A stretch of DNA of 64,000 bases from Octopus vulgaris. Lineage: Eukaryota. Of this stretch, positions 53,775-64,000 are shown one piece after another. The stretch is taken from NCBI GenBank assembly GCA_951406725.2, contig OX597820.1:95294001-95358000 (forward strand). The letters run 5' to 3'. The notes under the pieces are model-generated. The model worked only from the letters and a program-made list of their open reading frames with translations. It made no database searches and was not told the DNA's origin. A program made the translations under genes and the position numbers. How positions within the stretch are numbered: position 1 is the stretch's first letter; every line of letters starts with the position of its first letter.

Positions 53775-53945
53775 TCGAAAAATACCTTAGGAATGGGAAC
53801 CCAGGTTCGAAATTTCCCCAAGATACCTGACGAAGGCTGGAAGGTATATCAGCCGAAACGTTGTGTTAACAACAAACAAGATGAGGACAAATATCCGTCA
53901 AATGTAAATAATGTGCATAATTCCACATCTCTTAAATACAGAACT
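53615..53945 (+). mobile_element. tRNA-headed element with an (AAT)n spacer and an HHR
   Basis: A box at 53622-32, B box at 53665-75, HHR at 53822-53867. Confidence 0.7.
53822..53867 (+). ncRNA. Minimal type I hammerhead ribozyme motif with a canonical core
   Basis: GATAC-CTGACGA-A-GGCTG(10 nt)CAGCC-GAAAC-GTT-GTGTT. Confidence 0.75.
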
Positions 53946-54155
53946 CAAGTATAACAGATTCAATACAAAGGTTCAAATCAGGCAGACTTCGATTAACACA
54001 TGCATATACGGATTTAATTAGGATAAAATAAGAATTGTCCAATCGAAACATATATTGATATATTAGAAATATAAAAATATATGAATACTAAAAATATACA
54101 TGGACATATAGATATATAAATGTATAAACATAATAATAATGGAATATAGAAAAAT

Positions 54156-54236
54156 ATTTTCGTTGCGTCTTGCAACCTTTTCAATAGTTGTTGAGAGTCA
54201 ACAACTATTGAAAAAGTTGCAAGACGCAACGAAAAT
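54156..54236. repeat. Hairpin with 39-bp arms and a 3-nt loop
   Basis: ATTTTCGTTGCGTCTTGCAACCTTTTCAATAGTTGTTGA-gag-TCAACAACTATTGAAAAAGTTGCAAGACGCAACGAAAAT. Confidence 0.88.
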
Positions 54237-57200
54237 TTTTGAAAAATAATAAGTAAATGAGTAGAAATTTTACCGGTGAGTGTGTTAAATTATAAGGTAC
54301 TAAAAGAGAATGACTCTCCCCAGACACACGAACTCAAATAAAGAGTCTTGCAAACCAAATCCCAAAAAGAAATATATATATATAAATACACACACACACA
54401 CACACAGAATATATTTGAATGAAATAAAAAAGATGCTTATTATTGATCTTCTGTTTGAAAAATGCTCCCTAAAAATAAGTTTTTTTTTCTTGAATTAAGA
54501 ACTGGTTCATAGCTTGAATATTAGGTTTGATATAACTTTTTAACTTTAAGTCAATGTTGTCATTGTTGCTTCTGTTTTTGTGTCAGTACTTTAAGCTGTA
54601 ATTGAGCAGACCAGTAACAGAGGTACAGCTTAGTGGCTCATTTAGAAAAGGCTTAGAAATAACATAACATAACTACATACAACTAATTTTGCATTCATTA
54701 TTTTGTGGAACCCTGTTGACAGAGATAGGAGCAGTCCACCTCTGTGTTTAGCCCCTTGTGGGTAGTAAAGAAATAGGTATTTCGTCTGCCGTTACGTTCT
54801 GAGTTCAAATTCCGCCGAGGTCGACTTTGTCTTTCATCCTTTCGGGGTCGGTAAATAAAGTACCAGTTACGCACTGGGGTCGATATAATCGACTTAATCC
54901 CTTTGTTTGTCCCCTCTATGTTTAGCTCCTTGTGGGCAATAAAGAAATAAGAAAATGTTTTACAGTATGTAACAAAATGTAACACGTCGAGATGTAACAG
55001 GTGGGGAGCTAACACGTGGAAATGCTGCACGTGGTTCTATAACACGTAGAGATGTAACAAGTGATGTTTGGTAAGTTTATAAGATCTGATTATATTGAAA
55101 TGAATTGATGAAAGTTAGTTTATGCTTATTGCAAATTTTATTAAAACGTTATGTAATTGCACAACTGCCACCAGTTGAAAGAAAACACAAACGTTTGTAT
55201 TGTGGATGGCAGACTTTTGCATCGAAAATCTCGTGTCCAGTCCTTATACTAATATGTTACTAAGTGTGTGGAAGGAGGAAGGCAAGGTTTGCAATGCTTG
55301 CATGAAAGGAAATTTTGTTAGTGTGTGTGTTTGATGTATGGCAGTGTGATTGCGTGCTCGAAAATTAGTCTCGTCAAAGTTGCAAAAGAAGATAGAAAGA
55401 AACTCTTTGAAAATCACAGAAGGAACGGGTTGTTTTTACTGTTATCACGAATACGTACTCGTGTTAAAGCTGAATTAAGTCACTGAAATTTGAATTGAAT
55501 GAGATTCTCTAGATTCACTATTATTTCACTAAGATAACGGCGAATTTGACAGGAAAAATCAAACGGATTTTAATTGCACAATTCGAGAACAAAAGAAACG
55601 CACGTGAAGCTCAAGGTTTCGATCCCTGGTCATGAATACGCTGTAAATCTTTTACAAGTGCTTTACATTCTGAGTTCAAATCTGACCAAACTCAAGTTTG
55701 ACTTTCTTCCTTGCGAGAACAACAAAATAAAATATCATCTCTATAATGCATTGTAGATGTGAAAGGAAATAAACAAAATTAGAAGGATTTAGTAGATTCA
55801 TTAAGCTTGTTTTAAACAGATGTGTATAACATTTATAAAGTATTTACATATATAGAGCAACGCTAGCTGTAATAATTTGTCTCAGAGACGAATACCCAAA
55901 CATTTTACAATTGAATGCTTTAAAAACGAAAATGACTTTCCCCTATGCACTCCCAAGGTCGTCTGTACACCGTTGTGTCGGATCATTATCCGCAAATTGC
56001 GAACGAATAAACTCTTCAAGCATTTTATATTAGTAAAGTGAACGCTTTTAATTTAATGCGGTAAATCAAGACATTCCCGCAGTTTATTCTTTGCATCATG
56101 TGTATAGTTTTTTTTTCTTTTTCTAAATTCAAATTATCGACGATTTGGCTAATGGCAGTACAATTATATTTTAAACTAAAAATAAATTGTCATTGCTTAT
56201 TAAAATTTTAATTCCATAGAAATGAATGTTTTGTTGAAAATGAGTAACCAGTTTAACAGAAAAGCTTTAATTTTATTTGACATTTTCGTTTTTCATTTCG
56301 ATCACAGTGTGTGAGTCTGAAACAGTAAATTTTATGATATAAATTTAGAAGAGTTTAATGAACAGTATTTAGTGCTAAAGTTTCGATTTTCCTATTGACA
56401 GTTAAATAAATCGTTATGTTTTAAAATATGTTAGAGACTCGTTGCAAGCACCGTAGACTACGCAGTAAATCGTGGATGAAGCGAGACGGCTGAGTAACTG
56501 AGTCTCGATTGACAGTCAGAGTTATCTGATTTTAGTTACACTGCATATTTGATATGGAAAGCATGAGTCTCATATCTCAGTTTCCCTATCATCAATCAAT
56601 GAAAAGAAAGAAACATATCTCTATTCTTGCTTCAACTTTAGAAAAAAGGAAAAAAAAAACCTATCTCAGTTACTCGAATTGCGAAGATTTTTGCTTGAAG
56701 CTATTCCACTTCGATTATACTAATTATGCCCTCTGGAAAAGCATTACTAGATTCCTCCCCAGCCGCACTCTTCTAAAACGTGGCTTTTTACCAAACGAAA
56801 AAAGCTAAAAAAAAACAAACAAACAAAACAAAACAAAACAAAAAATTCATTGCATCATTAAATTAAAACGCACATTTTTTTCAATGATAATGAATGATCT
56901 TTTATATCAGTACAAGGGCAATGGATTTTTGAGTAGTGTATCAGACTAAACTAAATATCTTGCTGTATTTAATTATGTCTCTTTAACGTCGAATTTCAAA
57001 ATCCCAGCAGCTCCACTTTATCTTTTATCTTTTTGGGTTGATAAACAAGTACCCGTAGTCTATTGGATCGATTCTATTGGCTACACCCTCCGATCAGAGT
57101 GTATGGTTTTGTGTGCCCATGTGAACATTATTGCTGACAGCACGGGTGGTCAGTCAAGGTATGGGTAGCCAACCGAGAGGTTAGCAGTTTCGTATTTCAT

Positions 57201-58260
57201 TGTGTTGTGTTTGTTGCCAAGGTAATCGACTCTCGTATGACTCAGCTGTTAATAAATACTACTGGGAGCAGGTCGATAAATTAAGTACCAGTTGCGTACT
57301 AGGGTCGATCTAATCGACTGACTCCCTCCCCAAAAATTTCGGGTTTTGTGCCTAGAGTAGAAAAGAAAATACTACTGGGTGCAGTGTCTATTTATAACCC
57401 TAATGTAATGTTGTTTTTAACTTTACGTAGTGTAGTTCTTTAGCTTTCAGAGATGAATTTAACCTTTCCTACTACAAGTCTTTCATATAGATAAACTCTC
57501 TCATACTGATTTGCTCCAAATACAGTGCATGAAAGGGGAGTTTTCAGTGGTACTCTTCCTTATAGTCTCTGGAGTTAATTTGCTTGTTACACTGCTAAAA
57601 TCCAAGGGAGGTAATAGTAGTTAACTGAATCTGTAACTGTGGCAATTATTTTATTCGTGCTGACGTTGGTGACATAAGACAAATGAATTCATCTTGTCCA
57701 GGTTTGAACTCAACAAGATTTCAGTCAGCGTCATTTCTACCATTGCACTCATCGTCTCTTTTTCCTGTCTTAGTTCACAAAATGTAATAATTAATGAAAG
57801 AATTATATCTTAATTTCAAATTAGTAGACAGAATTGCGTGGAAGTTGACCTGAGGGATTGTCTTTGTAATTTGTGCGGTAGCTCTTATCTGTCTCTCGGT
57901 TTAACACCACCACCACATAACACCTGGACTCAAAGTGTAATAAGAAGAAACCAAATACAGACTTTTACTTCAGCGTACTATCATTTTTGCTCATCACTTC
58001 AGTGGCAATTTTTCTATTGATCAAACTGAGACGTGAGAGCAGTGCTTGTGATCTTCGCAGACTTTCCCAAATTGGTGAGATCAGATGTGTTTGTGTCAAC
58101 TTTGAATATCAGCAGATCGACGCCTATAGTTTGCGGGGAAGGTACAAATCTGTAAAATAACCCCAACCCCATCACACACAAGCATGCACAGGCATACACA
58201 TTTTTCTGTTTCTGTATTTGTCTCTCACATGCATATATATATATATATATATATATATAA

Positions 58261-58645
58261 GAGAAGTACTCCGTCGAATTACGACGACGAGGGTTCCGGT
58301 TGATTCGAATCAACGGAACAGCCGGCTCGTGAAATTAACGTGTAAGTGGCTGAGCACTCCACAGACACGTGTACCCTTAACGTTGTTCTCGGGGATATTC
58401 AGCGTGACACAGAGAGTGACAAGGCCGGCCCTTTGAAATACAGGTACAACAGAAACATGAAGTAAGAGTGAGAGAAAGTTGTGGTGAAAGAGTACAGCAG
58501 GGATCACCACCATCCCCTGCCGGAGCCTCGTGGAGCTTTAGGTGTTTTCGCTCAATAAACACTCACAACGCCCAGTCTGGGAATCGAAACCGCGATCCTA
58601 TGACCGCGAGTCCGCTGCCCTAACCACTGGGCCATTGCACCTCCA
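58261..58645 (-). mobile_element. tRNA-derived SINE (8812-9190 family)
   Basis: Nearly identical to 8812-9190 and inserted in (TA)n. Confidence 0.9.
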
Positions 58646-58757
58646 CATATATATATATATAGTTACTCCAAAACATGAACAAAGCGAAAACACAACGCGA
58701 GGTCGTGGAACAAGTATAGTGTTATTGGACGCTCAGGAAAGGAAAAAAAGAAGGCGG

Positions 58758-58792
58758 ATTCAACTTTTCGAGCGGAGCTCTTCGTCAGAAAC
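58758..58792 (-). ncRNA. Degenerate minimal hammerhead motif in a short repeat (58660-58850)
   Basis: GTTT-CTGACGA-A-GAGC(tcc)GCTC-GAAAA-GTT-GAAT. Confidence 0.55.
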
Positions 58793-58854
58793 ATAGAAAA
58801 AGAAAAGGTCTAAGGAAGGCAAGACGGAGACAGGAGAGTGCAAGAGAAGGAGGT

Positions 58855-59590
58855 ATGTGTGTGTATGTGTGGGTATGTGCGTGCGCGCAGGTCTGTGTGT
58901 CTGTGTGTGTGTGTAATGATAGCACGTGTTTGTGCATGTGTGTGTATATGTATGTGTGTGTTTGTGTGTGTATGTGTGTATGCCTATGGGTTGTGTGTGT
59001 GGGGAGTAACTGTACTTTACTTTGTGTATGTGTGTACAAGTATGTATAATTGTGTGCGTGTATGTATGTGTGTGCTGTGTGTATGGGTGGTATGTGTGGG
59101 TTCATTTACGTGTGTGTGTGTGTGTGTGCGTGTGCATATACACGTGTGTGCGTGTGAATGTATATGCGTGTGTACATGTGTGAGTATGTGCGTGTGTATT
59201 TTCTGTGTGCATGTACATGTGTGTGTGTGTGTATATGTAGGGGTATAGGTGCGTTTTTGCGCGTGTATGCATGTGCGCGCGTGTGTGTGTGTGTACATGT
59301 GTATGTGTGTGTAGTTGTGTGTGCGTGTGTATGAGTGTGCGTGGGGTTGTGAGTATTAGGTATGTGTGCATTCATGTGCGTATGTACGTACGTATGTGCG
59401 TGCATATGTGTGCGCATGTTTGTGTGTGCGTGTGAGTGTGTCTGTGTCTATATGTGTATGCGTATGTGTATGTGTGTGCGCGTATATGCATATATTGTGC
59501 GTGTATGTATATGTATGAGTGTATATATATATATACATATGTATGTGCGTATGTATGTATATGCATGTGTATACATATATACATATATAT
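58855..59590. repeat. Degenerate (TG)n/(TGTA)n microsatellite
   Basis: Direct inspection. Confidence 0.9.
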
Positions 59591-59627
59591 ATGTCTGCTT
59601 TTATGCACTAAGAGCCTATATGTGAGA

Positions 59628-60001
59628 ATCTCTCAAGGCTAGCAACGCAGTATTCGGTATTCTAACAAGGCATCCATATTAGTTGAATATAAAGATTACC
59701 TTTTAGCTTTAATACTACTTTACTCGCAGATTATTAATTGCTAATAAGCCTGCAGGCTATTTGCGACATCAGTGCCTGAAAAGATGCTGCTATTCTATAA
59801 ATCGTAGCAGCGAGATTCGACTGGCATGCAGTGACCGGACGCCTTCCACTGATGATATCCAATAGAACGAAATAACGTGATATGGGAGTTCTGGCGCCCA
59901 TGACAGACGATTCTTGTCTGCTAAGATCGATGTGTGTGCTTTTTTGCGCCAGGCGTCTTTATAAGAGGATCTCTCAAGGCTAACAACGCAGTATTCGGTA
60001 T
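59628..60001 (+). mobile_element. Retrozyme- or PLE pseudo-LTR-like unit with 33-bp terminal direct repeats and two HHR-like motifs
   Basis: ATCTCTCAAGGCTARCAACGCAGTATTCGGTAT at 59628-60 and 59969-60001. HHR-like motifs at 59773-59826 and 59843-59888. Confidence 0.65.
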
Positions 60002-60276
60002 GCATGTGTATGCATATATACATCCATCCATCCATATTAAGTTTGATATAACGATATGTATGTATGTATGCATGCATGTACGTACGTACGTATGTATGTA
60101 TGTATGTATGTATGTATGTATGTATGTATGTATGTATGTATGTATGTATGTATGTATGTATGTATGTATGTATGCATGCGTGTGTGTGTATGTATGTATG
60201 TATGTATTTATGTATGTATGTATGCATGCGTGTGTGTGTGTAGGTATTTATGTATGTATGTATGTATGTATGTATA

Positions 60277-60889
60277 CAGGGTGTTCAGGAATTATCTTTA
60301 CACGTTCCATGGAGCGCTGCAACGGAGGCTACGAAGCCGTGGCCAGCAGAAAGGGAAACAGCTGACGCTTTGACCGTGTCCGCACGCAGGAATTCATCTC
60401 TACATCTTTGAATAGAGCCTTAGGCTCAATTCAGGCGGCTATATGAAGCTACCGGAGACTGGTTAGACTCTGACTTGGAAAGGTTACTACTGGGAAGTCA
60501 CATGTGGGACGGCAGGATTCGGCTCGTCGTCATATCTCCGGAAGGAGTCAGAAGTGGTTGTCATAGAATTTCTACGACTTAATTTCTGGTCTCCTCATTA
60601 CCCCCATTGTAATCCTAATGGAGTACCATGTGTGAGACGCAGTTGAGAAGGAGACGAACTGCTCTACTTGCAACACCATGGCCGAGCTGGAGGTTAAGAT
60701 CAAAGAGGTGTTCGAAGATCTTCCCACGGACTCAGAGAGGAACGCATGCACCAGGTTCCAGAGCTGTTTTGAGGCCGTGATAGAAGCTGAGGGAGGCTAC
60801 CTTGAGTAACCATAATATAGTTGATATGTTTTTGAATATTGTGTTTTTTTCCTTTTATACAATCTGTCAAACTTAATCAGAACACGATG
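60277..60889 (+). mobile_element. Internally deleted Tc1/mariner-superfamily (maT/DD37D-like) element
   Basis: TA|CAGGGTGTTC...GAACACGATG|TA. Remnants QDSARRH.S.RSQKWL and AVEKETN...NACTRF...AVIEAEGGYLE*. Confidence 0.65.
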
Positions 60890-61415
60890 TACAAATACAC
60901 ATACATACATACATACATACATACATACATACATACATACATACATACATACATACATACATACATACACACACACACAGAGGAAGGGAAACGCACGCGC
61001 ACACACACAGACACACACACACACACGTACAGAGTTGGGCATTGGTGTAACCATTATGTTCTGGTCATCTGAATAACTAACCCTCTATATCAGCATTGGT
61101 TTGTAAATGTACAATTGTACTGTATGATGTGTAACAAGCATATTGTACAGGCGTGTAAATGTGTGTTTTTGCCAATGTTTACATCTGTATGCTCGCTCTA
61201 TAACCGTGTTTACTAGGGGATTTTTAGAAAAAATAATGAAAAATAGCTCAGAATTGCAGAGAAGACAGAATTCCTTGCCTTTGTCATAAGGTATCGAGAT
61301 TGAGAGAATCAACTATTCTAAATGAAATTGTTCATTGTGGTCTTTTAGATCCCAAATCAGTTTGCTGAGACCGGTACTATTACGTTTATTTCTATCCTAT
61401 ATATATATATATATA

Positions 61416-62281
61416 CGAGGTGTAGTCAAAAAGTATTCGACCTTTTTGCTCAAAATAATAATACGTAAGAAAAATCCGCATGACTCTTAGGCGGCCGCGT
61501 CTATCTTGGCACACGCAAAACTTTGCTGTAGTTTGCGTCATTCATCCGCAGTAACGCGTTGAGTACAGACGGGAAGAGTGTGCTGTGCGATTTTTCTTTT
61601 TAAGTCAATATGACCGAGCGCATTGAGCAAATATACTGTATAAAATTCTGCTAAGAACTTGGTGATACGCAAGCCCAGACTATCGAGAAATTTTAGAAGG
61701 CCTTTGGAGATGATACTATGGATGATACTATAGGAAAAAAACACAAATAAAGGAGTGGTAAAACCGGTTCAAAGATGGCCGCACCTCAGTGGACAATGAA
61801 CCACGTTGTGGTAGACCATCGACTAGCAGAAACGACGAAATGATTGCAAAGGTTCAAGGAATAGTCTATGAAGACCATTGTGTGACTATTGAGGAGATTG
61901 TTGCCAAGTTGGAATCAGTCAGTTCATTCCGCCCACGTCGTCCAAGAATTCCCCCTGAAGCAAAACACACCACTTGTTTGTCAGGCTTGCTACACACCAA
62001 ACTTGGCTAGTGTGACTTTTAAATATTCCCAAAGCTCAAGAAAAAAAAAAACACTCGAAGGGAGAAGATTTGAGTCAACAGAGGACATTAAGCAAAATTC
62101 GGCGGCACAGCTCTACAACATTCGAAAAAGTGATGTCCAGAAATGTTTCCAGCAGTGGCAGGAAAGTTGGAAGAAGTGTGTAGACACCCAGTGCAAATAC
62201 TTTGAAGGAGACAAAGCGGTGAGTTTTTTTAATACTATTTGTTTTTTGACCAAGGGTTGGATACTTTTTGACTACCCCTCG
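61416..62281 (+). mobile_element. Internally deleted mariner element
   Basis: TA TSD. TIRs CGAGGTGTAGTCAAAAAGTATTCGACC / GGTTGGATACTTTTTGACTACCCCTCG. Remnants RFKDGRTSVDNEPRCGRPSTS and LEGRRFES...CFQQWQESWKKCV...YFEGD. Confidence 0.88.
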
Positions 62282-62287
62282 TACACG

Positions 62288-62370
<83 letters not shown>

Positions 62371-62930
62371 CTGCGTGCGTTGACAACCAAAGTTGCTTGT
62401 TTACGTCCCCGTAACAACTTATCGGTGCGGCAAAAAGAGAACGAGTGAGTAAGCACCAGAATTACAAGTAAGTGCTGGGTTTGATCTGTTCGGCTAAACT
62501 CTTCAAGGCGGTGCCCCAGCATGGCCGCAGTCTAATGACTGAAACAAGCAAAAGATATAAGTTATAAGAGATAAAGATATGCTTATGTACTGAACAGTAA
62601 AACAAAATCGATGTGGTTTTGTCATTAGCTGTTGATTTCGGGATTTCTTCAATCACTTCCTTGACGTAATTTAGCTAATCAGATTAATAGTTAATCAGTA
62701 ATATACAAAAAAGGTGTTAAATGTATAATTTAGAGTAAATGAAACAACATTTACAGAAGAACAGCGGGAAATATTATAAATTAACAGATTATACGAGATA
62801 CCCAACAATCTAGCCGCAGGTCATTATCCCGAAACCAGCAATTAAATTCCACCGCGGATGTGTTAATGTTTGAAACTATGAGATAGGGTAAAAAATTTTG
62901 AGAATGAGTGAGTGAAAGAGAGAAAGGAGT

Positions 62931-62979
<49 letters not shown>

Positions 62980-64000
62980 GGGGGAGAGAAAGTATATGTG
63001 TCTGTGTATGAAATATATGGGATAACATGAAGAGGCAGGAGTAGATGTGTGAGTTATATGTGATTGTAAGAAGATGGAAGACGGGTAGAGAAACATAGGG
63101 AGTGTAATTCTGTGTGTGTGCGTGTTTGTGTGTGTGCGTGTATGTGTGTGTGCGCGAGCATATGTGTGCGTGAGTTGAATGTCTTCCGAAAACATTTGTA
63201 AAAAACAAATACTGTTGTCTGTACAATAGGACTGAAAAACCGAAAGAACGCGCGAGTGATGTGCCCCTTCTCATTAAGGTCCAACCTTTCCGTGCCTGTG
63301 ACATCTGTGAGGAGTACGGAAAGGTTTTAAAAACCAAATCAGTTTGGTCACATGATAAAAAAATATATTTGTACTGACTAACCTGTCTTTTTCCATATAC
63401 ACCAAAATTAGATCATCCGGTGTATTTTCCCGGTTTTGAGGATGCTAAGATGTGAACCGAGAATGAAATGTTTGCAGATGAACGAAATTGCGAAAAGTAT
63501 TGGGTAAATAATGCAGTTTTTTCAATTTCATGAACTAAAAGTCGGAGGGGGACAGGATAAACTACCTGCATCAACTTGCTATAAAAGCAGGTAGTGATTT
63601 TTATCTCGTACTTATTCTTAGCACAAGTCTTTTGTTGTTGAACGTTTTGCTAGTGTTTCCGGTGTCATTTGTTGAATTGTTGTATTGTTGCGGTGAGTTG
63701 AGGTCGTTTTGCGATTGTTTTTGTTGAAAAACTGTTTATTGCTTCGTTGAAGCAACTTGTTTTCAGTTCCCCCGGCGAGAGAATTGATGTTAAACGGTGT
63801 GGCTTTCGGCCAATTCTGTAGGGCGTAAGCCCAAATTTTTCTGTGTTCGGTGTTTTGCCATAAATTGCGTTTTGTTTAAGAAAAAGCATCATGGAGTTAC
63901 CATTGAGTTCAAGTGACTCACCAGATAGACTAATTATGAATATGCCTGTTTTTGTAACAGGTGAAAAGGAGGAATCACCGGCGCTGTCGCCAAAAAAGTT

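Overview
AT-rich, repeat-dense eukaryotic DNA. The repeat content (tRNA-derived SINEs, (TA)n/(TATG)n/(GAT)n microsatellites, TTAGGG-type repeats) suggests an octopus or other coleoid cephalopod, which is an inference. Only one host gene is visible: the last seven coding exons of a kinesin-14 (KIFC1/Ncd/carboxy-terminal kinesin) gene on the + strand (1033-25066), all GT-AG with consistent phases. The rest is transposon-derived: an R4/Dong-like LINE, RTE fragments, a ~3.1 kb decayed CR1/L2-group LINE, two decayed Penelope-like elements (PLEs), Tc1, mariner and maT remnants, piggyBac-like and Merlin-like MITEs, and several SINE families. Nearly all ORF-track entries are microsatellite translations. 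The most interesting signal is about 11 minimal type I hammerhead ribozyme (HHR) motifs, several decayed, folded by eye. They share a palindromic stem III and usually one extra nucleotide after A9. They include a G3:C8-swapped core, a three-copy family with an A6U core, a tRNA-promoter-headed HHR element and a 341-bp terminally redundant retrozyme-like unit. Long fold-back elements and telomere-repeat-carrying MITEs also occur. No search or folding software was run, so family names and ribozyme activity are hypotheses.
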